A DNA stretch of 64,000 nucleotides from a bacterium (GTDB lineage Bacteria > SAR324 > JACQKK01), in NCBI GenBank assembly GCA_965240465.1, contig OZ251219.1, positions 448,001 through 512,000 of the forward strand, read 5' to 3'. The translations under genes were made by a program, and so were the position numbers. The notes beneath the pieces are model-generated. The model was given only the letters and a program-made list of their open reading frames with translations, searched no databases and was not told the DNA's origin. Positions 1 to 10,369 of this stretch are shown here, in pieces (position 1 is the first letter of the stretch; every line of letters starts with the position of its first letter).

Positions 1-302
1 AATAAATACACAGCTACGATCAACAAAAAACTAAATACTGATGTTGTTGTTGGAACAGTTAAAAATACAACTTGATTATTAAGAAGTCCATCCTCACTAG
101 CATAGATTTGAAAAGTTGCGATTACAATAATGAAGATAACTCACACTATAACAAGTGTAATAGCAAAATTAACAAGTTTCTTGCGGTCTGCTATAGTTTG
201 CAGAGCTTCTTTTCCACGAAGGCCATAAATCTTTTCTTCTAAGGCTGCTTTCTCAACGGAAGGTTCTCGTTCTTCAGAAATGGGACGGGATTTTTTACCC
301 AT
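1..302 (-). pseudogene. Putative PanT-type transmembrane toxin partner of the Panacea antitoxin, interrupted by an in-frame TGA; runs off the window edge
   Basis: ATG at 302-300 overlaps the antitoxin stop. Manual translation: MGKKSRPISEEREPSVEKAALEEKIYGLRGKEALQTIADRKKLVNFAITLVIV*VIFIIVIATFQIYASEDGLLNNQVVFLTVPTTTSVFSFLLIVAVYL. TGA at 143-141 lies in the middle of a hydrophobic helix and the frame stays open after it. Confidence 0.65.
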
Positions 303-756
303 CTTTTGATCTCTTTTTGAGCAATCCCAAATAATGTTCTTTTATGAGTTTTCTTTCAATCGGTATATACGAAACCCCTTTCTTATATACTTTGTGCCAT
401 GGAGTACCCTCATCGTGTGTAATCATTGACAACTCAATCCCTGAGAAATCTTTATACTCATCATAAACGGTTTTTATAAAATCAGATGTTTCCTCTTCAA
501 TTTTAGTATTTTTTTCTATGACACCACAAGGGATCGGACTGCGTCCATAAAACTTTATCTCATGATAGATGCGAGGGATGACAGGACCGTAGTCCCAGGC
601 TTCTATCTTTTCGTCAAACAAGGATTTATTTTCCAAAGCCAGACTCCATCCCTCCGAAATATAACACAGTTTTACAAGCTCTAATGGAGTAACATCCTTG
701 CCTTGTCTATCTGCAATTCGTAAAATCGTTTCCCCAACCGTCAAAACTGAATCCAT
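295..756 (-). CDS. Panacea-domain (DUF4065/SocA-like) antitoxin
   Basis: TPLELVKLCY, LFDEKIEAWDYGPVIP (GPV motif), LSMITHDEGTPW; AT-rich. Confidence 0.9.
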   Translation of the reverse strand: MDSVLTVGETILRIADRQGKDVTPLELVKLCYISEGWSLALENKSLFDEKIEAWDYGPVIPRIYHEIKFYGRSPIPCGVIEKNTKIEEETSDFIKTVYDEYKDFSGIELSMITHDEGTPWHKVYKKGVSYIPIERKLIKEHYLGLLKKRSKDG

Positions 757-969
757 AATGTACTCCTATTCATTATGTCAACTGCCTAACAAAAACACTG
801 CTAAGCACTACTGCCCTCACGCTACCATCACTCAGCCTAAAAGTAAATTCATCTACAATATCTGTAAATGATTTGTTTTGATTAAGTATTTTCCCCATGG
901 ATTACTTGATTTAGGAGGGCATTCATAGTAAATTATTAGTGAAGGACTGTTAGCTAGGTCGGAAAATAC

Positions 970-2577
970 ATGAAAAAGCTATCCTCCTTATTTATTTTAG
1001 TGGCTTGGGGAACAATTGCGGTAGCCCAAAATCAATCACTGATTGACAGTGCCAAAGAGGGTAATCCTCGGGCACAATTCCAGCTGGCACAGGTCTATGA
1101 AACTAGATATCCCCAGAACATCCAAGAAGCTGCCCGGTGGTACCGAAAAGCTGCCAATCGGGGTTTGGTAGATGCTCAGTACCAGCTGGGTATCTATTAT
1201 AGTGGTAACCATTATTGGGATTTGCCCCAAGCAGCAGAGTGGCTACAAAAAGCCTCTCGTCAGAATCACCCCGAAGCACAATACTTATTGGGGCATCTGT
1301 ATGAGGTCAGCGGCGGGGTAGCTCAAGACTATAGCAGGGCCAGTAAATGGTACCGAAAAGCAGCTCGGCATGGCATTCCTCAAGCACAGGCTAACTTAGG
1401 GTGGTTATACAAAACCGGGCAGGGAGTTAATAAAAATTCCCGAATAGCGAGTAAATTGTGGAAACAAGCTGCAACTAAAGGACATGTGGAATCGCAGTAC
1501 AATCTGGGTTGGTTGTACCAAACTGGTCAAGGAGTGAGGCAAAATTCAGACAAAGCCCGACAATGGTGGCAACAAGCCGCCGCCAAAGATCATCCTAAGG
1601 CACAAATCCTACTGGGACTGATATATCACCAAGGACGTGATGTCCCTAGGGATGAGAACAAGATCATCAAATACTTGGTTAAAGTTTTAGAGCAAAAACC
1701 TTCCCGCAAAGCAGGAAAAAAAGCACATGACTGGGGAATAGAAGTCAAAAACCGGGCAGAATTTCAGCTAGATAAACAGATGGTATCACACTACCAAGCG
1801 TCTGCTCAGGCAGGCGATCCCCAAATGCAATACTATATGGGATGGCTTTATTTCGCTGGGCTGGGGGTACCTCAGGATGATCAAAAAGTAATTAAATGGT
1901 TCCAAAAATCAGCTCGCCAAGAATTTGTTGATGCCAACTACGCTCTGGGGCTGCTATATGCCCATGGGCGTGGTGCACCTAGGGATTATGTAAAAGCTAG
2001 AAGATTGTTTAAAAAAGCTGCCCAAAAAAACCATCCCGAATCGCAGTTTATTTCAGGTCAGTTTTACTATTTTGGGGTGCTATCACCAGTAAAATACTCA
2101 CCAGCCCAGAAATGGTGGAAAAAAGCAGCCGAACAAGGACATGCCGAAGCCCAATATCAGCTGGGACTATTGCATTATCAGGGTCTGGCAAGATCCAAAG
2201 ACTTTGTCCAGGCAAGAAAATGGTGGAAAAAAGCAGCCGAACAAGGACACGCCGATGCCCAATACCAGCTGGGATTATTATACTATCACGGACAGGGAGT
2301 TCCTCAGAACATGATCACGGCTACTGCTTGGTGGCAGCAATCTGCCAAGCTAAATGGTACCAATGCCCAAAAAATCCTAGGCAAGCTATACACTAAAGGT
2401 CAAGGAGTACCCAAAAATTACATCCAAGCTTTGAGCTTCTATTACCTAGCCCAAGAAGCAGGCGATGAAATAGCTCGTGATGGAATAACCGTATTAGAAA
2501 TTCAATTGAGCAGTGATGAAATCTCTACAGCTCAGCAATTAGCACAACACTTTACTGAGAAATATCTTACCAAATAG
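970..2577 (+). CDS. Secreted Sel1-like repeat (SLR) protein
   Basis: N-terminal signal peptide; many 36-aa AQYQLG..Y..G.GV.QD..A..WY.KAA.QG repeats. Confidence 0.93.
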   Translation: MKKLSSLFILVAWGTIAVAQNQSLIDSAKEGNPRAQFQLAQVYETRYPQNIQEAARWYRKAANRGLVDAQYQLGIYYSGNHYWDLPQAAEWLQKASRQNHPEAQYLLGHLYEVSGGVAQDYSRASKWYRKAARHGIPQAQANLGWLYKTGQGVNKNSRIASKLWKQAATKGHVESQYNLGWLYQTGQGVRQNSDKARQWWQQAAAKDHPKAQILLGLIYHQGRDVPRDENKIIKYLVKVLEQKPSRKAGKKAHDWGIEVKNRAEFQLDKQMVSHYQASAQAGDPQMQYYMGWLYFAGLGVPQDDQKVIKWFQKSARQEFVDANYALGLLYAHGRGAPRDYVKARRLFKKAAQKNHPESQFISGQFYYFGVLSPVKYSPAQKWWKKAAEQGHAEAQYQLGLLHYQGLARSKDFVQARKWWKKAAEQGHADAQYQLGLLYYHGQGVPQNMITATAWWQQSAKLNGTNAQKILGKLYTKGQGVPKNYIQALSFYYLAQEAGDEIARDGITVLEIQLSSDEISTAQQLAQHFTEKYLTK

Positions 2578-2738
2578 CATTGGACTACAGAACATTGACA
2601 GAGCAACTAAACCTAGTCCTAAATCTTATTTAATTACTAGTTATTTTTGGGAAATACCGCTTATAAAAAACATCACTATTATGCCTGTTAATTAATAATA
2701 AATAAAATTATCCTTGCCTCAAACATATAATAATAACT

Positions 2739-3374
2739 ATGAAACTATTGACATTTTATATTAGTTTTCTTCTGGTTGGTTGTACCGGAAACATAGATGG
2801 AAAACTCTTTGTCAGAGCTGGAACCGGCCATGCTAAATCCCAGTACAAATTGGGATTACTCTATGAAGAAGGAAAAAGTGTACCCCAAGATTATGCCCAA
2901 GCCAAGAAATGGCTTAAAAAATCGGCTAGAAAAAACTATCCCCAAGCCCAAAACAGCCTAGGAATGATATATCAAAAAGGACTCGGAGTAGAAAAAAACA
3001 GTAAGCTCGCTAAAAAATGGTACCTAAAAGCGGCTGAACAAGGCTTTATGGAGGCTCAATACAATTTGGGATCGCTTTATGAAAAAGGACACGGTGCCCC
3101 AAAAAGCTACTTCAAAGCCCGAGAATGGTACGGAAAAGCCGCCCAACAGGGACATGTCCGAGCTCAGTTCAATTTGGGATTGATCTATCACCGAGGATTA
3201 GGCGTAACCAGAAGCGACTCCAAAGCCCTGAACTTCTTCTATCTAGCCCAAGCAGGAGGCTCTGAAACTGCCAAAAAAATGGTGCTAATCTTAGAAAAAC
3301 GTTTGGACAATATACAAATTTTCCGAGCTCAAAAACTAGCCTCCGTTTTTTACACTCAGTTTCTAGAAAAATAA
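2739..3374 (+). CDS. Sel1-like repeat lipoprotein
   Basis: Lipobox LLVGC after a hydrophobic stretch; about 4 SLR repeats. Confidence 0.9.
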   Translation: MKLLTFYISFLLVGCTGNIDGKLFVRAGTGHAKSQYKLGLLYEEGKSVPQDYAQAKKWLKKSARKNYPQAQNSLGMIYQKGLGVEKNSKLAKKWYLKAAEQGFMEAQYNLGSLYEKGHGAPKSYFKAREWYGKAAQQGHVRAQFNLGLIYHRGLGVTRSDSKALNFFYLAQAGGSETAKKMVLILEKRLDNIQIFRAQKLASVFYTQFLEK

Positions 3375-3408
3375 TAAACCCCCCTCGGATTGACTTGCAC
3401 CAGTAACC

Positions 3409-4206
3409 TTGGCTTATCCCTCTAATATACTGACTAACCCAAAAGAAATGATGAAAACCAAATCTAAAAAGCTTTCTTACTCCCTAAAGAACTCAATAAC
3501 TTCAATGTTGTGCTTGCCTGTTTTTGTACTGGTTGGCTGCACTATTTTACCTGAAGGCTCCTTGCTGGTAAATGCCAAATCTGGCAATCCCCAAGCACAA
3601 TATGAACTGGGATTAATATACCAGCTAGGTCAGTCAGTACCTCAAAACCATGCCATCGCCAAAAAATGGTACCAAAAAGCAGCCCTCGCAGGACAACCCA
3701 AGGCGCAAACCCAGCTGGGAATCCTATATAAACAAGGACTAGGAACCCCACTAGATACTCTCAAAGCCAGAAAATGGCTGGAAAGAGCCGTCATCCAAAA
3801 TGATCCCTTAGCCCAATATCATTTAGGTTTGCTTTATAAATCAGGAAACAGCACTCCTAGAAATTACACTAAAGCCCGAAAACTATACCTAGTGGCAGCC
3901 CAGCAAGGACTCGCTGCCGCACACTATGAACTGGGAATGATGTATAGCACCGGCAAAGGAGTCACCAAATCTAATGTCAGAGCCTTGAGCTTCTTTTATC
4001 TCGCTAAAGCAAACGAAGATCCTAAGGGAGACATTGGGATAGAAATTATTGAACTTCAATTGACAAACCAGCAAATTAATCAAGCCCAACAGATAGCCAC
4101 AAACTTTCATAGAAAATACCTAGCCGCAAAACCATTCCCGATCACCAATAATCCGTCTAACAGAAAATTGTACACCACCAAGACCAACTTAGTACCAAAA
4201 AATTAA
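3409..4206 (+). CDS. Sel1-like repeat lipoprotein (true start probably a downstream ATG)
   Basis: VLVGC lipobox; SLR repeats; shares the ALSFFYLA C-terminal motif with the two upstream paralogs. Confidence 0.88.
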   Translation: MAYPSNILTNPKEMMKTKSKKLSYSLKNSITSMLCLPVFVLVGCTILPEGSLLVNAKSGNPQAQYELGLIYQLGQSVPQNHAIAKKWYQKAALAGQPKAQTQLGILYKQGLGTPLDTLKARKWLERAVIQNDPLAQYHLGLLYKSGNSTPRNYTKARKLYLVAAQQGLAAAHYELGMMYSTGKGVTKSNVRALSFFYLAKANEDPKGDIGIEIIELQLTNQQINQAQQIATNFHRKYLAAKPFPITNNPSNRKLYTTKTNLVPKN

Positions 4207-4231
4207 TGTGGATTCGCAAGTATTTTCAGTT

Positions 4232-4290
4232 CTATTTTCTACGCCTATTTTCTACGCCTATTTTCTACGCCTATTTTCCACGCCTATTCT
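4232..4290. repeat. 13-bp tandem repeat (ctattttctacgc, about 4.5 copies) that includes the mltB stop codon
   Basis: Direct reading. Confidence 0.9.
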
Positions 4291-5200
4291 TTAGTAGTCT
4301 GCTGATCTCTAGGACGGTTTCCACATAATCGGCAGAGTGATTGTACGCCCATACTGCTTTCCATTTCTGCTCAGAGTTGGCATTGGATTTCCAGCCGTGT
4401 TTATTCAAATACCGGGCAACGCTGGAAATGGCGTCTTGGATCTGATCTAAATCAATAACGCCATCTTGATTGCCATCCACTGCCCACTGTAGCTGGCTAG
4501 TAGGTATGAACTGGGGAATACCCAGTGCTCCTGCATAAGAACTGCGAATCCTTCTCACCGCCCCTGGGGTATCCCGATTGAGCTTCAGAAGAGCTACTAG
4601 CTGCTCATATCCGAAACGGGATTTCTTTTTTAATCGTGACCGCAACCATGGTCGTTTAAGCTCGGGATGCTGGCGACGAAAGTCTTGCCAATAGGACGCA
4701 GTATCTATTCGGGGATTAATTACCGCTAGGGAAGCAAATACGCTAAGGGCATAGTAAGGTCGGGGAGTGCGTCCAAAAGCAGTTTCCACCAGCAATATGG
4801 CAGTGGTTGTTTCTGCGGGGACTTGATAAAGTGTGGCAGCTGCCTCCAATTGCCGACGTTGCTTCCGCAAAAATTTGCGTGCCAGACGCAAAGAATAAGC
4901 CTCGGTGAACTGGCTATAATAAGAATCGGGCTGAGGGTGAAGTATGTTAAAACGAACTGCCCTTCTGGTATCACACAACCGAGCCCCTACAAATACTTTT
5001 TGCAACCAACTCTTAGTGAAACCTTCATCCTCCAGACGCTTTTGTAACTTTATCACCCGTGCCACCGGAATTAAATCTGGACATCCCAAAGCCACGGCAT
5101 ACCCAGCTGAACTCAACAGTAGCCCAGTTAAGAAAAGTACTCTGAGCAATATCCTCGTTTTTGAGCATGTACTAGCAGGATAAATGGTGTTTAAGAACAT
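4271..5200 (-). CDS. mltB: Lytic murein transglycosylase B-like (SLT_2 family)
   Basis: AILLVETAFG catalytic Glu, SYAGALGIPQFIPTS, AVDGNQDGVIDL EF-hand-like loop, YNHSADYV. Confidence 0.85.
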   Translation of the reverse strand: MFLNTIYPASTCSKTRILLRVLFLTGLLLSSAGYAVALGCPDLIPVARVIKLQKRLEDEGFTKSWLQKVFVGARLCDTRRAVRFNILHPQPDSYYSQFTEAYSLRLARKFLRKQRRQLEAAATLYQVPAETTTAILLVETAFGRTPRPYYALSVFASLAVINPRIDTASYWQDFRRQHPELKRPWLRSRLKKKSRFGYEQLVALLKLNRDTPGAVRRIRSSYAGALGIPQFIPTSQLQWAVDGNQDGVIDLDQIQDAISSVARYLNKHGWKSNANSEQKWKAVWAYNHSADYVETVLEISRLLKNRRGK

Positions 5201-5279
5201 ATATCAATTAACTATAATTTGTCTGCTATTACTAGAAAAACTGCCGGCAGTCTTATCATAATCTTTGTGAAAATACTCA

Positions 5280-6014
5280 ATGAAGCTGTGGGCACTCTCA
5301 GATTTACACCTCTCCTTTAATGATGCTATCGGTAGCGAAGCCGCCAAACCAATGCACATCTTTGGAGAACATTGGCGGAAACACTGGTTAAAAATTGCCG
5401 CAAACTGGGAAAAAATCATCCAACCCCAAGACGTTGTCCTGCTACCCGGAGACATATCTTGGGCTAACAACATGAACCATGCTTATCACGATCTTTTTTG
5501 GGTCTCCCAATTAACTGGAGCCTTAAAAATAATCGTCCCCGGCAATCATGACCGCTGGTGGCCACCAGAAAATCAATTTAAGCATCAGCCACACTCCTTA
5601 AAATTGCTACGCGGTACGGCTATACTCCATCAAGGGCTGGCTTTCTGCGGTACTTGTGGCTGGCTCGCCCCCCAAGACCCCTATTCCCAAACTGATGATA
5701 AACAAATCTTCCAACAAGAACTAGACCTGCTGAAACAATCACTGCAAGCCGCGGTAAAACTTCAACCCCCTGATGGCATCCATGTGTTGCTTCATTTTCC
5801 TCCTTGGGATTCACAAGGAAAACCCACTCCCCTAGATAACCTCATCCGCCAATACCCAGTCCGTTCCATCACCTACGGGCACTTCCATTTTCTCCCAGAA
5901 TGGGAACGCGCCCCCAAGGGATGGCATCAGGAAATTTTCTACACGCTGGCCTCGGCAGATTTCTTAGACTTTACCCCTGCCCAGCTTCCATTTTCGGTCT
6001 CCGTTCATCAATAG
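5280..6014 (+). CDS. Calcineurin-like metallophosphoesterase
   Basis: SDLHL, PGDISWA, GNHDRWW, HFPP, YGHFH motifs. Confidence 0.9.
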   Translation: MKLWALSDLHLSFNDAIGSEAAKPMHIFGEHWRKHWLKIAANWEKIIQPQDVVLLPGDISWANNMNHAYHDLFWVSQLTGALKIIVPGNHDRWWPPENQFKHQPHSLKLLRGTAILHQGLAFCGTCGWLAPQDPYSQTDDKQIFQQELDLLKQSLQAAVKLQPPDGIHVLLHFPPWDSQGKPTPLDNLIRQYPVRSITYGHFHFLPEWERAPKGWHQEIFYTLASADFLDFTPAQLPFSVSVHQ

Positions 6015-6030
6015 GAAACAGAAAAAGATT

Positions 6031-7017
6031 CTAGCTGAGCGGCTTAATTAAAGATATTTTCTTATATTTCATTAAATACCAAAGGATAATCCCTCCCCCA
6101 GCAATCGTGGTGGTTAACCACTGAACCAACCAGAAGATCACACTGGCAGCAATTGCTTGTTCATTAGAAGTGCCCAACCAGACCAGAGCCACGCTAAAGG
6201 CGATCTGAGTAACCCCGATAAATCCCGGCAAACTAGGGGCACTAGAGAGAAACGCCATGGCACTAAGAGCCAGAATGGCTTGCTGAAAAGGGACTGGTCT
6301 TCCTACTGCGATCAAGGAAAAATAAACCATAAGTCCCCCTGCCAGCCATTTAAGCAGGGAAAGAAACACTATCCAGCTCAATTTTATAGGCGAACGCAGA
6401 GCTTCCATGCCTATAACTAGTTGCTCCAGCAATTTATCTCCTTGGTGGGATATCTTATCAGGGAGCCAGCGGCTAGCTTTATTCCAAATCGCAAAGGATA
6501 ATTGCGGTCGCCAAACAAATAAAAACATGATGATAACCGTTCCTAAGGCTAATAACACCAAAATCTGAGAACCCAAATTTAGGACTTTGGGCAAGGGAGG
6601 TAAAAACGGCAACACTGCTAAGGAAAGCCACACCACCGCCAGTACATCCAACAAGCGATCAGCGATTACCGTCGCGGTCACCCCCGTTAAAGATAATTTA
6701 TGAGAGCGACTCAATACTACCACCCGCAACACTTCGCCCAAACGAAAGGGTAGTAAATTATTGCCCGCAAATCCAGCCATCAAGGCAGGAGCACTATCCC
6801 TCCAACGCAGCTTAAGCTGAGGAGCCAGTAGCACATTCCAACGAACTCCAGTCAACCAAACAAACACCCCCATACTCAAAAATAAGGGCAGTATCCAAAA
6901 CAGATCCATTTGTTTCAAGATCACCCATAGCCCATTCCAATCTAAACCACGCAGTGCTAAATATAAAAATAACCCACTAAATAAAACTGCCAGTACTAAT
7001 CCAAACCAACCCTTCAT
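6031..7017 (-). CDS. Lysylphosphatidylglycerol synthase TM-domain / flippase-like membrane protein (UPF0104)
   Basis: Multi-TM protein; RW..LL, GNNLLPFRLGEVLR, ADRLLD, PSLPGFIG motifs. Confidence 0.85.
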   Translation of the reverse strand: MKGWFGLVLAVLFSGLFLYLALRGLDWNGLWVILKQMDLFWILPLFLSMGVFVWLTGVRWNVLLAPQLKLRWRDSAPALMAGFAGNNLLPFRLGEVLRVVVLSRSHKLSLTGVTATVIADRLLDVLAVVWLSLAVLPFLPPLPKVLNLGSQILVLLALGTVIIMFLFVWRPQLSFAIWNKASRWLPDKISHQGDKLLEQLVIGMEALRSPIKLSWIVFLSLLKWLAGGLMVYFSLIAVGRPVPFQQAILALSAMAFLSSAPSLPGFIGVTQIAFSVALVWLGTSNEQAIAASVIFWLVQWLTTTIAGGGIILWYLMKYKKISLIKPLS

Positions 7018-7263
7018 CTAAGTATATCTTTCCTTGAACAAACTTGACCTTGACTGATTTTTACCCAAATTTCGCTACTAATAACAATAATTCCAACTGA
7101 ATAATAACTCTGTCTTAGGCGGCAATCAAAATAAACTCTCCTCCTATGCTCTTACAAAAACTCCTCCAAAGCGAGAATATATTTTTCGCCAGCTATTAAA
7201 TCATTTGATTGCTCTTTGGATATATCAGCATAGCTAGATTCTCAGGATAAAAACAGAAAAAAC

Positions 7264-7292
7264 TTGACACACTAGCTGAAAAAATATACAAT
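7264..7292 (+). promoter_or_regulatory. Sigma70-type promoter upstream of the cyclase gene
   Basis: TTGACA, 17-bp spacer, TACAAT. Confidence 0.65.
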
Positions 7293-7494
7293 TCCCTACT
7301 CTCGTTTATACCGATTGCCATTAGTAGCCTAGTAATAGATATGGGATATTAAATGAAACCTCAATTAGACTGGTAGTACTACTTTCATTTGCTAGTAGCT
7401 GAATAATTGGTTGTACACAGGTTTTTGATGCCGAAGCTTTGCTTGATATTATTGGGGAATTCTTTAAGCTGCAGATTATAAAAAGGACAAAGCC

Positions 7495-9303
7495 TTGAAC
7501 AAAAAAATACTGGCTATATTTTGGTTAATTTCCATGCTGATGCCTACCTCAGCTTTAGCACGAGATGTGTTTACCGACCGATCATCATTGTTAAGCATCA
7601 TAGAGTTTGGGGTGGTGTTCTTGGCAGCGTATCAGCTGGCATTTTATTTTTTCGTAAAAAATCAACTCCAAGTTCTATTAGAATTACATTTTATCGGTTG
7701 GGGATTGTACTTGTTTGGCATTTTATCACCTCTGTCAAAGAGTGTTAGTGATCTTGCCCTTAACTTTGACAATGAGTACTGGAATTTTGTAATAGGAGCT
7801 TTTGGAGTTGCGTTATTAATGTATGTAGCCAAACAGAACCCTACTCCTATCAACCGTTATGTTAAGCCTTTTCAACTGGGGATGATCGGCTTTTTTGGCT
7901 TTAGTGTAGTCATAGGTTTAGGACGAGCTGATATTGCTCTTACCTTGATTGCCAGCCCTATTCCTCATATTATTTTAGCTTGGCTGATAGCTGCTTCTTG
8001 GCTGAGCAATTCTTATATCCACTATAAATATCAGAAACATGAAAAACACCCCCATAAAATTAATTGGCTACCAGAACTATTCCTAGGATGCGGTTGGGGA
8101 CTTACCCTACTAGCCATCTTGTTGGGGAGCTGGGGAACAAATCGCTGGTTGCCCGTTGGTACGGAATTTTATCTGGTGAACATTATCTTTATGGTCTGCA
8201 GTCCTATCTTAATTATTCAGCTAGGAGGTTTCTTAAGGAATGTTCAACAGCAACGGTCCGAAGCCATGGATGATGTGCTTTTGGAAAAAGACAAGGTACT
8301 TTTAGAAAAAGACAAGGTCCGTCGTATAACAGACACCGCCGATAAATTCATTCCCAAACAGTTTTTGGAACTGCTAAGCAAGAAGGAAGTCACCGAAATA
8401 CACAATGGAGAAGCCGTCGAGCGGAATCTGACTGTACTGTTTTCTGATATTTGTACTTTTACTCGCTTGTCGGCTAACATGAGCCCTGAGGAAAATTTTG
8501 AATTTCTGAACAATTATTTCAATGGGATGGGAAATATCGTCTATCGTCATAGTGGCTTCATAGATAAATTCATTGGCGATGCTATTATGGCTATTTTTGG
8601 CCGCCAGCCAGAAGATGCTATTGAATGTGCCATTTTACTCCAAAGATGGTTACGCTTGTACAACCTTCTTCGTAAAGATAAAAACTCAAATCCCATTATT
8701 ACCGGAATAGGCATTAACTCCGGACCCACCATGATTGGAGTACTAGGCACCAACAATCGCTTAGATAGCACTGTCATCGGCGATACCGTTAATTCAGCTT
8801 TTCATGTGGAAGCCCTCACCCGTTTTTACGATGCTAAGATACTGATTACCGAAAACACCTACCAAGGACTTAAAAACCCTGCTCAATTCCCTGTTAGGAA
8901 TCTGGGTAGCACCCACATAAAGGGACACAATGATACCCTAAATATCTACGAAGTGCTGGCAGGCGACCCCCCTGATATTCGTAATAAAAAAATCTCTCTC
9001 ACTCCCTATTATGAAACTGCCATTGTTCGTATCAAGGAAAACAAATACGAAGACGCCCTCGCCCTTCTTAAAAAATGCCTAGTATGTTACCCACAAGATA
9101 AACCCTCCTGCTTGCAAATTGACCGTTGTATTAAAGGCATTCAAGAACAAAAAACTGCTTCGCATTATAAAATTTCCACCTCTCTACCAATCGAAACCAC
9201 CGCAGAATACCCCCATACAAAAATCACGGGGGTGACCTCCGATGTGAATAAACCAGAATCTCTCTCCGATGAAGAACAAATGAGGACCATCCTCCCTAAC
9301 TGA
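7495..9303 (+). CDS. Membrane-bound class III adenylate/guanylate cyclase
   Basis: About 7 N-terminal TM helices; VLFSDICTFT, DKFIGDAIMA, GIGINSG, VIGDTVN motifs. Confidence 0.9.
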   Translation: MNKKILAIFWLISMLMPTSALARDVFTDRSSLLSIIEFGVVFLAAYQLAFYFFVKNQLQVLLELHFIGWGLYLFGILSPLSKSVSDLALNFDNEYWNFVIGAFGVALLMYVAKQNPTPINRYVKPFQLGMIGFFGFSVVIGLGRADIALTLIASPIPHIILAWLIAASWLSNSYIHYKYQKHEKHPHKINWLPELFLGCGWGLTLLAILLGSWGTNRWLPVGTEFYLVNIIFMVCSPILIIQLGGFLRNVQQQRSEAMDDVLLEKDKVLLEKDKVRRITDTADKFIPKQFLELLSKKEVTEIHNGEAVERNLTVLFSDICTFTRLSANMSPEENFEFLNNYFNGMGNIVYRHSGFIDKFIGDAIMAIFGRQPEDAIECAILLQRWLRLYNLLRKDKNSNPIITGIGINSGPTMIGVLGTNNRLDSTVIGDTVNSAFHVEALTRFYDAKILITENTYQGLKNPAQFPVRNLGSTHIKGHNDTLNIYEVLAGDPPDIRNKKISLTPYYETAIVRIKENKYEDALALLKKCLVCYPQDKPSCLQIDRCIKGIQEQKTASHYKISTSLPIETTAEYPHTKITGVTSDVNKPESLSDEEQMRTILPN

Positions 9304-9430
9304 TAACTAACTACTGGTGAGAATCCTTACCCAAATCATCGCACAAATCCTTGCCAAAACTCCACCGAATAAACTGATACTCCCCACCCCTCCTCTCGCA
9401 CTACTGCAGACACTCTTATCGCAGGCACTC

Positions 9431-10369
9431 TTATCGCAGGCACTTCTCAAAAAAAGCAATCGTAGGCACTAACCCCTCCCGCAAACCAACCTTAGGCTTC
9501 CAACCTAACTGACGCTCTGCTAATCCAATGTCGGGACATCTCTGCCTGGGCTCATCTTCGCGAGCTGGCAGATATTTTATGTCCGAGCGTGAATTGGTCA
9601 ACTCTCTTATTGTATCTGCCAACTCCAACATATTTATCTCGGTCGGATTACCCAAATTCACAGGCCCCACTAATCCCTCCTTGTTCATCATCAAATGCAT
9701 CCCTTCTACCAAATCGGAAACATAACAAAATGAACGCGTCTGAAGTCCAGACCCATAAAGGGTCAAAGGCTTATTTCGCAACGCCTGACAAATAAAATTG
9801 CTCACCACCCGTCCATCGTCTGGTTGCATAAAGGGCCCGTAAGTATTGAAAATACGTACCAAACACACATCCACCCCATATTGCCGATAATAATCCATCA
9901 GCAACGATTCAGAAGCTCGCTTGCCTTCGTCATAGCAAGAGCGTACCCCCAATGGATTAACATTCCCCCAATAATCCTCAGTCTGAGGATGCTGCTGAGG
10001 ATCCCCATACACCTCTGAAGTAGAAGCAAATAACAACCGAGTTCCTTTTCCTCTGTCTCTCAGAGCCTCTAGTACCCGCAACATCCCCAAAACGCATGTA
10101 CGCCAAGTACCTACCGCATCCCGTTGATAATGCACCGGAGACGCAGGACACGCCAAATGATACACCGCTACCATCTCACTCAAATCCACCCCATCACACA
10201 CATTTCCCTCCCGAACCCGAAAATCCTTTCCCAATAAAGAACTCACATTCCCCTTACTGCCAGTATAAAAATTATCCATACAGCACACCCGATGACCCGC
10301 CTCCAACTCCATCCGACATACATGGCTGCCTATAAAACCCGCACCCCCAGTTATCAACACATTCTTCAT
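9431..10369 (-). CDS. UDP-glucuronate decarboxylase (UXS-type) NAD-dependent epimerase/dehydratase
   Basis: TGGAGFIGSH, HLACPASPVHYQ, ASTSEVYGDP, YDEGKR, RIFNTYGP. Confidence 0.93.
   Translation of the reverse strand: MKNVLITGGAGFIGSHVCRMELEAGHRVCCMDNFYTGSKGNVSSLLGKDFRVREGNVCDGVDLSEMVAVYHLACPASPVHYQRDAVGTWRTCVLGMLRVLEALRDRGKGTRLLFASTSEVYGDPQQHPQTEDYWGNVNPLGVRSCYDEGKRASESLLMDYYRQYGVDVCLVRIFNTYGPFMQPDDGRVVSNFICQALRNKPLTLYGSGLQTRSFCYVSDLVEGMHLMMNKEGLVGPVNLGNPTEINMLELADTIRELTNSRSDIKYLPAREDEPRQRCPDIGLAERQLGWKPKVGLREGLVPTIAFFEKCLR

Noticed and set aside
141-143. Genome-wide TGA-to-Trp/Gly recoding
   Set aside because: dnaX, zwf, recA, pgl and ftsI end at TGA at the expected lengths, and Trp is encoded by TGG
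7343-7498. Possible degraded lipoprotein gene (IRLVVLLSFASS*IIGC) upstream of the cyclase
   Set aside because: No clear start codon and too short to support
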